NCBI GenBank assembly: GCA_002269645.1
Contig: NIVC01002665.1
Coordinates: forward strand, 86,901 to 150,900
Reading direction: 5' to 3'
DNA: 64,000 bases
Source of the DNA: Macrostomum lignano
Taxonomy: Eukaryota
The position numbers and the translations under genes are program-made. Of the stretch, positions 15,101 through 30,100 are shown piece by piece. Position 1 is the first letter of the stretch; each line of letters begins with the position of its first letter. The notes beneath the pieces were generated by a model. It was not told the DNA's origin, ran no database searches, and saw nothing but the letters and a program-made list of their open reading frames with translations.

Positions 15101-18100
15101 GCTCAAGCGACGCGACGAAACTATTGGGAAGCTGCGTCAGGAGCTCGGACAGGGCCAGGAGGCCAAGGAGCAGCTGCTGATTGAGGTAGGGGCTCGCTTC
15201 CTGCTTGGGGCTTTTGGGGAGGTGGGATCAGACAGTGAGAGGGAGAGGGGATCAGACAGTGAGGGGAGAGGGGATCAGACAGTGAGGTGGGAGGGGATCA
15301 GACAGTGAGGGGAGAGGGGATCAGACAGTGAGAGGGAGAGGGGATCAGACAGTGAGGGGAGAGGGGATCAGACAGTGAGGGGAGAGGGGATCAGACAGTG
15401 AGGGGAGAGGGGATCAGACAGTGAGAGGGAGAGGGGATCAGACAGTGAGGGGAGAGGGGATCAGACAGTGAGGGGAGAGGCGATCAGACAGTGAGAGGGA
15501 GAGGGGATCAGACAGTGAGAGGGAGAGGGGATCAGACAGTGAGGGGAGAGGGGATCAGACAGTGAGGTGGGAGGGGATCAGACAGTGAGGGGAGAGGGGA
15601 TCAGACAGTGAGAGGGAGAGGGGATCAGACAGTGAGGGGGAGAGGTGATCAGACAGTGAGAGGAGAGGGGATCAGACAGTGAGAGGAGAGGGGATCAGAC
15701 AGTGAGAGGGAGAGGGGATCAGACAGTGAGGGGAGAGGGGATCAGACAGTGAGAGGGAGAGGGGATCAGACAGTGAGAGGGCGAGGGGATCAGACAGTGA
15801 GAGGGAGAGGGGATCAGACAGTGAGAGGGAGAGGGGATCAGACAGTGAGAGGGAGAGGGGATCAGACAGTGAGGGGAGAGGGGATCAGACAGTGAGAGGG
15901 AGAGGGGATCAGACAGTGAGGGGAGAGGGGATCAGACAGTGAGAGGGAGAGGGGATCAGACAGTGAGAGGGAGAGGGGATCAGACAGTGAGAGGGAGAGG
16001 GGATCAGACAGTGAGAGGGAGAGGGGATCAGACAGTGAGAGGGAGAGGGGATCAGACAGTGAGGGGAGAGGGGATCAGACAGTGAGAGGGAGAGGGGATC
16101 AGACAGTGAGGGGAGAGGGGATCAGACAGTGAGGTGAGAGGGGATCAGACAGTGAGCGGAGAGGGATCAGACAGTGAGAGGGAGAGGGGATCAGACAGTG
16201 AGAGGGAGAGGGGATCAGACAGTGAGAGGGAGAGGGGATCAGACAGTGAGGTGAGAGGGGATCAGAGCTGAGGCAGTGCAATAAGGACTTGTCCACGATG
16301 ACACCCCGCGCACCGCGCATTGCAGCTGGACCGGCTCCGGGTGAAGGTTGACCACTTAGATGGCAGCCTGAGAAACCGCACTGAAGAGGTACCAGAGTGA
16401 TTGCGACTGCGCTGCTGCATTTTCCTCTTTTCTCTATGGCCTTTCCATTAGCTCTGATCTGTTTTTTTTACTTATAAGAGCAGCGAGAAACCCATGGTGT
16501 GCCAATATCTGACAACTTTTGTGCTGCTGAAGTTTTTTGATCAACTTTGCTGTAACTCTGAACTGGACATTGTCTTTCTGAGACCCCAAGGACACAACCC
16601 CAATGCCAATATCCCGAGAAACCTCAAAGCCACAACCCCAATGCCAATATCCCGAGAAACCTCAAAGCCACAACCTTAATATCCCTGAGAGACTCCAAAG
16701 CCACAATCCTAATATGCCTGAGAGATTCCAAATGCACAACCCCAATATCCCTCAGAGACTCCAAAGCCACAACCCCAATATCCCTCAGAGACTCCAAAGC
16801 CACAACCCCAATATCCCTCAGAGACTCCAAAGCCACAACCCCAATATCCCTCAGAGACTCCAAAGCCACAACCCCAATATCCCTCAGAGACTCCAAAGCC
16901 ACAACCCCAATATCCCTCAGAGACTCCAAAGCCACAACCCCAATATCCCTCAGAGACTCCAAAGCCACAACCCCAATATCCCTCAGAGACTCCAAAGCCA
17001 CAACCTCAATATCACTGAGAGACTCCAAAGCCACAATCCCAATGTCCCTGAGGGACTCCAAAGCCACAATCCCTGAGAGACTCCAAAGCCACAATCCCTG
17101 AGAGACTCCAAAGCCACAACCCCAATATCCCTCAGACTCCAAAGCCACAACCCCAATATCCCCCAGAGACTCCAAAGCCACAACCCCAATATCCCTCAGA
17201 GACTCTAAAGCCACAACCCCAATATCCCTCAGAGACTCCAAAGCCACAACCCCAATATCCCTGAGAGACTCCAAAGCCACAATCCCTGAGAGACTCCAAA
17301 GTCGCAATCCCTGAGAGACTCCAAAGCCACAATCCCTGAGAGACTCCAAAGCCACAACCCCAATATCCCTCAGAGACTTCAAAGCCACAACCCCAATATC
17401 CCTGAGAGACTCCAAAGCCGCAATCCCTGAGAGACTCCAAAGCCACAACCCCAATATCCCTCAGAGACTCCAAAGCCGCAATCCCTGAGAGACTCCAAAG
17501 CCACAACCCCAATATCCCTCAGAGACTCCAAAGCCGCAATCCCTGAGAGACTCCAAAGCCACAACCCCAATATCCCTGAGAGACTCCAAAGCCACAATCC
17601 CTGAGAGACTCCAAAGTCGCAATCCCTGAGAGACTCCAAAGCCACAATCCCTGAGAGACTCCAAAGCCACAACCCCAATATCCCCCAGAGCCTCCAAAGC
17701 CACAACCCCAATATCCCCCAGAGACTCCAAAGCCGCAACCCCAATATCCCCCAGAGACTCCAAAGCTACAACCCCAATATCCCCCAGAGACTCCAAAGCT
17801 ACAACCCCAATATCCCCCAGAGACTCGAAAGCTACAACCCCAATATCCCCTAGAGACTCGAAAGCTACAACCCCAATATCCCCCAGAGACTCGAAAGCTA
17901 CAACCCCAATATCCCCTAGAGACTCGAAAGCTACAACCCCAATATCCCCCAGAGACTCGAAAGCTACAACCCCAATATCCCCTAGAGACTCGAAAGCTAC
18001 AACCCCAATATCCCCCAGAGACTCGAAAGCTACAACCCCAATATCCCCCAGAGACTCCAAAGCCACAACCCCAATATCCCTGAGAGACTCAAAAGCCACA

Positions 18101-21100
18101 ATCCCTGAGGGACTCCAAAGCCACAACCTCAATATCACTGAGAGACTCCAACGCCACCAAACACTCCAACTTGGCTCACCTCAATGTTGTGCCGCAATTT
18201 CGCACCACTGTGTCATACAACTGCCACTAAGCAGCGAGGTGCCATAGCAACTAACTTATTAACGTCTTTGTTTGTTTTTAACTCAAAAATGTTCGCAAAA
18301 ATGGATCCGATCCCATACTGGGATTTCATCCCTCTCCATACAAATCCCTTCGAACAGCTGACGGCCGCGGATGCCCGAGGCCAGGAGCTGGAGCAGCAGG
18401 CAGGGGAGCTCAGGCGGGAGTTGGGCATCGCCCAGGAGGAAGCGGCCAGCCAGGAGGCCTTCGCCCGTCGGCTGCAGTCGGAGGCGGACACGCTGCGGAG
18501 CCAGCATGCGGACTGTCTGGACCAGGTGGGCTGGGCCGATAGCTGCAGATCTCGTACCCTCATCTCATCCCTTCAAAGCACTCATTCTTCTCACCCCTTT
18601 CTGCTGATGGCTTCATCATATGCCTTCGCATCATACCTTAATATCAGCATTTCATGTCATCACCTTATCTAATACCTTTATCTCAGCTTATCCTTCACTT
18701 CATCTCACCCATCACTCTCCACATCTCACCCCCTCACTCTCCCCCATCTCACCCCTCACTCTCCCTCATCTCACCCCTCACTCTCCCTCATCTCACCCCT
18801 CACTCTCCCTATCTCACCCCTCACTCTCCCTCATCTCACCCCTCAATCTCCCTCATCTCACTCCTCACTCTCCCCCATCTCACCCCTCACTCTCCCTCAT
18901 CTCACCCCTCAATCTCCCTCATCTCACTCCTCACTCTCCCCCATCTCACCCCTCAGTCTTCCCCATCTCACCCTTCACTCTCCCCATCTCACTCCTCACT
19001 CTCCCTCACCACACCCGCCAGGTCCGCCGCCTGACTGACAGCCTGCAGAAGCTGCAGTCGAGCTCCAACGAGACCCGAGACGCCCTGACAGCGGAGATCG
19101 CCGAGCGGCACGACTCGCTGCTGCGTCTCCGCACTGACGCCAGGACTCTGGAGGAGAAATTCAACGAAGCGATGAGCACTGCCAATCAGAGATTCGAGGT
19201 GAGCAGGCATTTTCTACCTGTTTTTTTCCAGTTTTTCATTGATCTTGAAACAATTTTATACAAAGAAAGCTTCGAAAAGTAGCACTTGTACTTTTAAAGA
19301 TCTCTGTTAGAAAATCAGTAGCTCTACACTACCTCACCGCCTCCCAGGCAATCCGCCAGCTGAAGGAGGAGCTGAAAATCGCCAATCAGCGCTCGACGGA
19401 GAGTCAGGAACGGGCCCGCCGATCCGAGGCCGAGGCGCAGCAGTCGCAGCGTCAACTAGAAGAGCGAGGTCGCGAGCTCGAAGCCGTGCGTCTCCGCCGT
19501 CAGGAGCTGGAACGAACTCTAGGCCAGCGGGAGGGCCAGTGGCGGGCTGAGCGAGCCGAGCTGATGGACAAGTGCCAGCGGCTGGGCGCAGATGCGGAAC
19601 GCATGGCGGAGGAGCTGGCCGAGCGCCAGGCGGCTCAGGAGCGGCTGCACAGCCAGGTGGCCGAACTGCGAGGTGCTGTCAGCCAGCGGCAGCAGCTGCT
19701 GCAGCAAGTGGAGCAGCAGCTGGCCACCAGCCAGGAGGAATCGGCCGGACTGCGCGAACAGCTGGCCAGGTGAACCCGATGGGATCATAAGAGTACATAC
19801 AAGCACTTCTAAACCAGTGATATAGTGCTGGTGGTCCTTGGCATTGCCAGTTAGTGTACCATGACATCGAATTGATTTTGATTATAATATAGCAGTATAG
19901 TACTATCAGTAGTTCAGCCTGATAGCTGTTCCCCTCAAACACTCTGGGCGCAGACGGGAGGCGGCGGCAGAGCAGCTGCAGCGGGATCTGGACCAGGCCA
20001 AGAAGCAGTGCCGGGCCAGCGCTGAGGAGCTCAGCCGGCTTGAGTCGAAGGTGCAGGCGGCGGCGGCCAGCGGCCAGTCGGAGCGCGAACAGTTGGCTGA
20101 GGAGACTCGGCGACGGGAAGCCGAGCTGGCGCGGTCGGCTCAGGAGGCGGCCAGGCAGCAGGAGGCGCGCAGCCGGCTGGAGGAGCGCTGCGCCAGCCTG
20201 GAGAAGCAGGCGGAGGCGGCCAGCAAGTCGGCCAAGGCGGCCAAGGCGGAGTCGGCCAGGTTGGAAGCGGAGCTGCAGCGGGCCAAGTCTGAGGCTGAGG
20301 AGGCGCGAAAACGGGCTGAGGAGCTGCGAGTGCAGGTGAGTGATGGCGATTTCTGATCAAGAGAATCTCTTTGACTACCGGACACCCACCCTAATCACCC
20401 ACCACCCCAATCACCCACCACCCCAATCACCCACCACCCCAATCACCCACCACCCCAATCACCCACCAACCCAATCACCCACCACCCCAATCACCCAGCA
20501 CCCCAATCACCCACCACCTCAATCAACTACCACCCAAATCAACGACACCCTAATCACCCATCACCCCAATCACCCATCACCCTAATCACCCACCACCCCA
20601 ATCACCCACCACCCCAATCACCCACCACCCCAATCACCCACCAACCCAATCACCCACCACCCCAATCACCCAGCACCCCAATCACCCACCAACGCAATCA
20701 ACTACCACCCCAATCACCCACCACCCCAATCACCCACCACCCTAATCACCCACCACCCCAACCATCCACCTCACGTGGTAGACGAAGCGCCTGCAGGAGG
20801 CCAGCCGCGGCCAGCAGCAGGAGTTGAGCTCGCGCGCAGGTGAGCTGGAGGCCGCCCGTAGGCAGATCAGCAGCCGGGAGGAGCAGCTGGCAGGCACGCG
20901 GGCCGAGTTGGAGTCGCTGGCAGCCGACAACCGGGAGCTCAGCCAGCGGCTGATGCAGCGAGACGACCTGCTGGCCAGGCTGAGTGGAGAGACGCAGAAG
21001 CTGAAGAACAAGTACCAGGACCGAGTGCAGGAGGTGAGGGCCTGGGACTGTGGGTCGGCTTATAGATCTGGAATTCTATCTTGTAGATCTGCGATTCTAT

Positions 21101-24100
21101 CTTGTAGATCTGCTATTCTATCTGTAGATCTGTGATTCGATCTTGTAGAACTGCTATTCTATCTGTAGATCTGTGATTCGATCTTGTAGAACTGCTATTC
21201 TATTTGTAGATCTGTGATTCGATCTTGTAGAACTGCTATTCTATCTGTAGAACTGCTATTCTATCTTGTAGAACTGCTATTCTGTCTGTAGATCTGTGAT
21301 TCGATCTTGTAGAACTGCGATTCTATCTTGTAGATATGTTATTCCATCTGGGGCTTGCCATGATATTCGCGTTCATGACCAAGGCGCAGTGTACATGCCT
21401 GACGATGAGAAAGTAGCTGTACACCCCGCACACCCGCATTCCAGATGACCAAGCAGTCAGACACCATCAAGCGGCTGCAGGAAGCTCTCGCACAGTCCCA
21501 GCTAGAAGTCGAGGAAGTCAAGCGCCGAAGCGAAGAAGAGGTGAGTGCTGTGCTACCTTATCGATTTGTTGACAATTGAGCTGCATAGCTGGCTTGCTGG
21601 CTCGTCTGAAATTCACAGCTCGGCAATCGGGAGAGGACAATCAAGCAGCTGCAGGAGGACCTGCTGGAGTCGCAGTCGCAGTACACCAACTGCTACGATG
21701 AGGTGAGCTGATTGGGTCGGGACTCAACGACAATGACTCAGTCGCCTAACACAATGACCCAATCACCCACCACAATGACCCGATCACCCACCACAATAAC
21801 CCGAATCACCATATAAACCCGAATCACCCACCATAATAACCCGAATAACCAACCATAATAACCCGAATCACACACCATAATAACCCGAATCACCCACCAT
21901 AATAACCCGAATCACCCACCATAATAACCCGAATCACCCACCATAATAACCCGAATCACCCACCATAATCACCCGAATCACCCACCATAATAACCCGAAT
22001 CACCCACCATAATAACCCGAATCACACACCATAATAACCCGAATCACCCACCATAATAACCCGAATCACCCACCATAATAACCCGAATCACACACCATAA
22101 TAACCCGAATCACACACCATAATAACCCGAATCACACACCATAATAACCCGAATCACACACCATAATAACCCGAATCACACACCATAATAACCCGAATCA
22201 CACACCATAATAACTCGAATCACCCACCATAATAACCCGAATCACACACCATAATAACCCGAATCACACACCATAATAACCCGAATCACACACCATAATA
22301 ACCCGAATCACCAACCATAATAACCCGAATCACACACCATAATAACTCGAATCACCCACCATAATAACTCGAATCACCCACCACAATGGCCCTGAATAAT
22401 TCCCGAATGAAACCCGAACCCGGCAACAGTCGATCCGAGTGGAAGACGAGCTGGAGAAGGCGAAGTCGCAGGTGGCGGAGCTGAAGTCCGCCTGGCAGCG
22501 GGCCCAGGCTGATCACGCCAGGTGTACTGAGTCGGTGAAGCAGCTGGAGGCGGAGCTGCGCACCCAGGCTGAGCGGTGCCGCTCGCTGCAGAGGGACTGC
22601 GCCGAGCGCGACCAGCAGACAGCGGGGCTGGGCTCCGACTTGGAGGCGGCGCTGCGCCGGTTGTCGAGCGCTAAAGAGGAGACGGCGCTGAAAGACGCTG
22701 AGATCGGCCGGCTGCAGCGCAAAGTCAAGGAGACGCAGGCGGAACTGCGAAAGGCGTCCGCGGCCACGGAGCAGCTGGAGGAGCGGCTGAAGTCCCAGGA
22801 GCAGGCCTGCAATCATCTGCAGCAGGAGCAGCAGGTCTGCAGCTTTTCTGCTTACTGACGTTGCCGATTTAAAGTATAGCCTACTAACGAGTAGCGGGAA
22901 GAGGGTGTGAAGCGGATATAAATGCGGACTTTGAGGGGATGCCAGCCAGAGTTTGAGGGGATGGCGGCCAGCCCGAGTTTGAGGGGATGGCGGCCAGCCC
23001 GAGTTTGAGGGGATGGCGGCCAGCCAGAGTTTGAGGGGATGGCGGCCAGCCCGAGTTTGAGAGGATGGCGGCCAGCCCGAGTTTGAGGGGATGGCGGCCA
23101 GCCCGAGTTTGAGGGGATGGCGGCCAGCCCGAGTTTGAGGGGATGGCGGCCAGCCCGAGTTTGAGAGGATGGCGGCCAGCCCGAGTTTGAGGGGATGGCG
23201 GCCAGCCCGAGTTTGAGGGATGGCGGCCAGCCCGAGTTTGAGGGGATGGCGGCCAGCCCGAGTTTGAGAGGATGGCGGCCAGCCCGAGTTTGAGAGGATG
23301 GCGGCCAGCCCGAGTTTGAGGGGATGGCGGCCAGCCAGAGTTTGAGGGGATGGCGGCCAGCCCGAGTTTGAGGGGATGGCGGCCAGCCAGAGTTTGAGGG
23401 GATGGCGGCCAGCCCGAGTTTGAGGGGATGGCGGCCAGCCCGAGTTTGAGGGGATGGCGGCCAGCCCGAGTTTGAGGGGATGGCGGCCAGCCCGAGTTTG
23501 AGGGGATGGCGGCCAGCCCGAGTTTGAGAGGATGGCGGCCAGCCCGAGTTTGAGGGGATGGCGGCCAGCCCGAGTTTGAGGGGATGGCGGCCAGCCCGAG
23601 TTTGAGGGGATGGCGGCCAGCCCGAGTTTGAGGGGATGGCGGCCAGCCCGAGTTTGAGAGGATGGCGGCCAGCCCGAGTTTGAGGGGATGGCGGCCAGCC
23701 AGAGTTTGAGGGGATGGCGGCCAGCCCGAGTTTGAGGGGATGGCGGCCAGCCCGAGTTTGAGAGGATGGCGGCCAGCCCGAGTTTGAGGGGATGGCGGCC
23801 AGCCCGAGTTTGAGAGGATGGCAGCCCGAGTTTGAGGGGATGGCGGCCAGCCCGAGTTTGAGGGGATGGCGGCCAGCCCGAGTTTGAGAGGATGGCAGCC
23901 CGAGTTTGAGGGGATGGCGACCAGAGTTTGAGGGGATGGCAGCCAGAGTTTGAGGGGATGGCAGCCAGAGTTTGAGGGGATGGCAGCCAGAGTTTGAAGG
24001 GATGGCAGCCAGAGTTTGAAGGGATGGCAGCCAGAGATTGAGGGGATGGCAGCCAGCCCGAGTTTGAGGGAATGGCGGCCAGCCCGAGTTTGAGGGAATG

Positions 24101-27100
24101 GCGGCCAGCTTGAGTTTGAGGGAATGGCAGCCCGAGTTTGAGGGAATGGCAGCCCGAGTTTGAGGGGATGGCAGGAGGAAATTAATGCGGCCGTGCACGG
24201 ACGGCTAAAGAAAAAGTCAATAATTCACAAATCATCACAGATTTCCTCTCAGTATCCTCATCCCCACAAATTGCCGAATCCTAGGTGCTGCTCCAGGAGC
24301 TTCAGAACCAGCAGGCGGCGGCCGGCACCCTCCGGCGGGAGGCGGAGCTCGAGCGGACCGCCAAGCAGGAGGAGGCGGCCAAGTACCAGAGCGACCTGCG
24401 CAGCCTCGAGGCCAATCTCGAGGAGGCCACATCGGAGCTTGAAGAGGCTCAGAACGCGAATTTCGGGCTGCGCAAGACCATCGAGAGCCTGGAGGCGGCG
24501 CTGGCCGAGGCGCGGTCGCGGGCGCACAAGCTGGACAATGACTGCCACAGGCTGGCCGGCCGGGCCCGCGAGGCGGACGCCGAGCTGCAGCGCGAGCGGG
24601 CGCTCGGACAGCAGCTGGAGCGGGAGGCCGAGGCGGCCAGAGGCGACGTGACGAGGCTGGAGCAGACACTGTCGCAAACTCGGACAAGGCTGGCCAGCGT
24701 TCAGGTTAGTGGGCGAAGGCTGGGGTGAGATAGGATGGGATCACACAGTATGGGATCACGCAGGATGGGATCACGCAGGATGGGATCACACAGGGAGGAT
24801 CACGCAGGATGGGATCACACATAATGGGATCACACAGGATGGGATCACATGGGATGGGTGGGATCACACAGGGAGGATCACGCAGGATGGGATCACACAT
24901 AATGGGATCACACGGGATGGGTGGGATCACACGGGATGGGTGGGATCACACGGGATGGGTGGGATCACACAGGGAGGATCACGCAGGATGGGATCAGATA
25001 GGATGGATCACACAGGATGGATGGGATCACACAGGGAGAATCACACAGGGTGGGATCAGATAGGATGGATCACACGGGATGGATGGGATAACACAGGATG
25101 GGATCACACAGGATGGGATCACACAGGATGGGATCACAGGCTACACCGGACTGCCTCATTCTATGCAGGGCCAGCTGGAGGCTCTGACCGGGCAGCAGAC
25201 GTCCCATCGCGAGCAAGCGGAGGCGGCGGAGCGGCGCCAGTCAGAGCTGTCCGCAGAGTTGGATCGGTCGCGCGAGGAGGCTGAGTCTCTGAGCAAGCAG
25301 CTGGAGGAGCACCGGCTGCAGACGCGCCAATGCGAGGAGTGCATCCGGCAGTTGACCTCGGAGCTGTCCACAGCCCAGTCGGAACTGGCCGCCAGCGCCG
25401 AGAGGCTCCGAAAGAAGGAGGCTGAGCTGGCTGAGTCTGAGGAACGGCTGGAGGAGCAGGAGCTGCTGGCTAGCAAGGCGAAGGAGCGGGAGCGGCAGGC
25501 CGCGGCTGAGTTGGCGGGCTTCCGGGATTCGCACCAGCGCAGCGACGCGGAGTTCGAGGAGGTACAGGGCCGCGCCGACACACTAGCGCTGAAGCTGGAC
25601 GAGGCGCAGCGCCAATTGGCCGCGCGGACTGCTCACGTGCAGGAGCTGCAGGAGGCGGCGCGGGACATGCGCAGCGAGCTGGCGTCGGCGCGGGAGCAGA
25701 GACAGTCCAACGCATCCGAGTTTGCCAAGCTGGAGCAGGCGGTGAGTTCATGACCGCAGTCCTATCGGTGTAGTGCACAATGCCCACACAAACTCTACCG
25801 TCAGTTTACGCAACCTCACTAATAAAAAACCCTTCCATCAGTGTACATAGCCGCTATCATAAAACCCTAACCCCCATTTTACGCTGCCTCCAGTTCTAAA
25901 AACCCTACCCCCAGTGTACATTGTCCCCAGTTCTAAAAACCCTACCCCCAGTGTACATTTCCCCCAGTTCTAAAACTCTACCCCTAGTGTACACTGCCCC
26001 TAGTTCTAAAAACTCTACCCCCAGTGTACATTTCCCCCAGTTCTAAAAACTCTACCCCCAGTGTACATTTCCCCCAGTTCTAAAAACCCTACCCCCAGTG
26101 TACATTTCCCCCAGTTCTAAAAACTCTACCCCTAGTGTACACTGCCCCTAGTTCTAAAAACCCTACCCCCAGTGTACACTGCCCCTAGTTCTAAAAACTC
26201 TACCCCTGATGTACACTGCCCCAGTCCTAGAAACTCAACACCCCTAAATTTATACAGTCCTAGTGAATAAATTTAAAATAATCCAACTCATTAATGTACA
26301 TCGCCACTCCACAGTAACAACTCAAAATAACTTCAAGCTTTCTAACTCCCGTTCCAACTCCGGCAGGTTCAGCAGCTGCAGCATCAGCTGTCCTCGGCGC
26401 AGCAGAGACAGCAAGCAGACCAGGCTCGACTGCAGGAGTCTCAGTCGCGACTCGAAGCCGACGCTCAGCGTCATGCTGAGTTGGCAGCATCTCTACGCCA
26501 GGAGCTATCGGCCAAGTCGGCGGAAGCCAACCGGCTGCGGGCGGACTACGACACGCTGAAGGATGCGACAGAGAAGAAGCTGGAGGAGCTGGAGCTGGCT
26601 GAGACGAGCCTCAGTGAATGCCAGGCAGAGCTGCGGGCCAGCGAGTGCGAGAAGGCCGACCTGGCCGCCGAGGTGGCTGCCTGGCAGCAGGAGGCGGACC
26701 GGGCCAAGAGGGAGCTGGCGGAGCTGCGCTCGCAGTCCAGGTGAGGGAGCATCTTCATGATTTTGATGATGCGAAATTTCGAGCGAGCAAAATTTACAGC
26801 CGGTCTCTTTTTGACGAGCTAGCTCAGCAGTAAACCGGTAGCTCAGCAGTAAACCGGTAGCTCAGCAGTAAACCGGTAGCTCAGCAGTAAACCGGTAGCT
26901 CAGCAGTAAACCGGTAGCTCAGCAGTAAACCGGTAGCTCAGCAGTAAACCGGTAGCTCAGCAGTAAACCGGTAGCTCAGCAGTAAACCGGTAGCTCAGCA
27001 GTAAACCGGTAGCTCAGCAGTAAACCGGTAGCTCAGCAGTAAAAGCGTCACTCCTTGGTTCGATTCCGTGCTCGGCCAGATTCATTTGGGGCTTGTGCAT

Positions 27101-30100
27101 GAAAATTTGCCAACCCCCAAGGAACAGAGAGTGTACATGCCTGTCGATTAGATAGTCAGGGCTGCTGTACACCCTGTGTGAGCTGTCAGCTGTGTGTGAG
27201 TGCGTACAGTATTGGTACTCTTGCATGTGCTCAGGAGTCAGCGGAATGGGCAGAATTGCCTCAGCGCGGGTTGTTGGACGATTTCACCGATGGCGTTGCG
27301 CCAGGGTGCCCGTAGCCTTCCTTTGAATATTTATTTTATGACGATGCCTTTTTGACGATACGATGTTTTGAGCTTTTTACAGGAGCAACACGCTAATCTC
27401 TGATCCTCACTTCCAGAGAGTCCACTCGCTTAGCGGAGCTTCAAGAGGAGAAGGCTGAGCAGCTCAGCCAGCAGGTGGCCCGACTGCAGTCGGAGGTGGC
27501 CGCCAAGGCGCAGGAGGCGGCGCAGCACGAGGCGGCGGCCAGCCGGGCCGGGGCGGAGCTGCGCCTGTTGCAGGAGCGATGCGCGGCCAGCGAAGCCGAG
27601 CTCGCCGATCAGCGCGCCTCGGTTGAGCGGCTGCGACGCGACGTGCTGTCGGTGAAGGAGGAGGCGCACAGCTCCGCTCAGGAGGCTCAGTCGCAGCGGC
27701 AGCGGTTGCAAAAGGCCGAGGTGGAAGTTGAAGGTCATCGAGAGCACGAGCGGCTGCTGGCTAGGCAGGTTGAGCAGCAGGAGCAACTGCTGGTGCAGCT
27801 GCAAGCTGAGCTCAAGCTGGAGCGGTCCAGGAGCGCCGATATCGGCAAGCAGTTCGCCGCCACTCGACGGCTTGTGAGCGAGCTGCAGGACGAGCTGGAG
27901 ACCGGCCGGCGCTGCGAGAAGGACCTGGTCGCGCGGAGCAAGGAGCGGGAGCAGAGCCTGGCCGAGCTCACCGAGGAGCTCGAGGCCATGGGCGAGCGTC
28001 TCCGGCAGATGCACGAGAGCGGCGCTGAGAAGGACGTCGCGGTGAGGGCGCTGCGGCAGCAACTGCAGGCTGCCTTGAAGGAGGCTGGACAGCGGGGAGA
28101 GGAGGTGAAACGGCTGCTGGAGCAGGTGAGCGAGATTGATTGGCCAGCTGAAGTGTGGCCAAGTTAAGCACAGTTGGCCATGGTTAGTACGCAGTTGAAT
28201 CGGCTTGCGTTGTTTCGAATCACTCAAGTAAGCCCCTCCACTGTGGTCTGAAGTGGCTTGGCAGCAGCTCTGAGCTGCGGTAGAAAGAGGATTGAGTTGT
28301 ACTAACCTGAGGAGGGCATAGTCTAGTGGGCCAGCGCGGCGCTCTGATGTGCCAGCAGCCCAGGCTCGATTCCCAGTGCAGTCACATTAATTTGAGGCTA
28401 AATTGGAATCTCAGCTTGGCTCTGCTCGTGCATTTAACGCTCTTGAGGGCCAACCCCCAAGGCACAGTGAAGTGTACATGCCAACGATAAATAAAGTTAG
28501 GGCCGCTGTACACTCCTGTTAGTGTGTGCCTGTGCGTATGACTGCGTACGTATCCGCGCGCTTGTGTGCCTGCTCAGGCGAGCCGGTGGAATGGGCAGTA
28601 ATGCTAATGGTGTAAAAATGTCGCCTGAAGTGCGCCAGGGTGCACACAACCCCCTGCCTCTTATGAAAAAGTTATACTGACCTGTACCCAAGGCCTCGGA
28701 TGCGACATTCACTATTTCAATCCCACCACCCGGCCGCAGGTGTCCACTCTGCAGCGCCAGCTCGCAGACCGGGAGGCGGCGACAACGCGGCTGAATGCCG
28801 AGCTGAGCGAACGCCAGCGGGCAGCTGAGGAGCTTCAACGCCAGCTGCAGTCGGCCCAGTCTGCTAATAAAGAATCGGCGCAAAGTCTGGACGAGCGCGG
28901 CCGGGAGCTGGTCCGCCTGCGGCAGGAGTCCGCCCGGACGGACGCGCAGGCCGCCAGCCTGGCCGAGCAGCTGGCCGGCGCGGAGGAGGCGGCGCGTAGG
29001 GCGAGGGAGGACGCGGCGCGAGTTTACGAGACGGTGCAACGGGTCGAGGAAGCCAAGGCGGAGATGGCGCGCCGGCTGGAGCAGACTGACAAGGACAAGC
29101 GGCGGGCCGAGGAGCGGGCGCAGCAGCTGGCCGGGGAGCTGTCCGAGCGGGAGGAGGAGCTGGTGGTGCTCAAGGTGAGGCCTGGTTTCTACTGGGATAA
29201 AAAGTTAGCGACTCGCTAAAAACTCTCCTCTTCCAGCCTTCCAACCCCATTTCTCCAGCATCATTCTTTCGGCCTCATCCTTCCAGCCTCATCCTTCCAG
29301 CCTCATTCTTTCGGCCTCATCCTTCCAGCCTCATCCTTCCAGCCTCATCCTTCCAGCCTCATCCTTCCAGCCTCATCCTTCCAGCCTCATCCTTCCAGCC
29401 TCATCCTTCCAGCCTCAACCTTCCAGCCTCATCCTTCCAGCCTCATCCTTCCAGCCTCGTCATTCCAGCCTCGTCATTCCAGCCTCATCCTTCCAGCCTC
29501 ATCCTTCCAGCCTCATCCTTCCAGCCTCATCCTTGGTGCATTTAACGCTCTTGAGGGCCAACCTTCCAGCCTTCCAGCCAACCTTCCAGGGCCATCCTTC
29601 CAGCCTCATCCTTCCAGCCTCATCCTTCCAGCCTCATCCTTCCAGCCTCATCCTTCCAGCCTCATCCTTCCAGCCTCATCCTTCCAGCCTCATCCTTCCA
29701 GCCTCATCCTTCCAGCCTCATCCTTCCAGCCTCATCCTTCCAGCCTCATCCTTCCAGCCTCATCCTTCCAGCCTCGTCCTTCCAGCCTCGTCCTTCCAGC
29801 CTCATCCTTCCAGCCTCATCCTTCCAGCCTCGTCCTTCCAGCCTCGTCCTTCCAGCCTCGTCCTTCCAGCCTCAACCTTCCAGCTTCATCCCCCTTCAAC
29901 TCCCCTGCCAGGTGGACAACACCGGCCTCAGCGAGCGCCTGCGCGCCCGCCAAGACGAGCTGGACCAGGCCAAGGCCTCGCTGCAGCAGCTGCACGACGA
30001 GTGCGGCAACCTTCGCATGGCCCTTGAAGACAGCCGGGCCAACGCCGAGCGGCTCCATCGCGACAGCGAGCTGGTGGTGAGCAACGTGAACACCTGGGTG

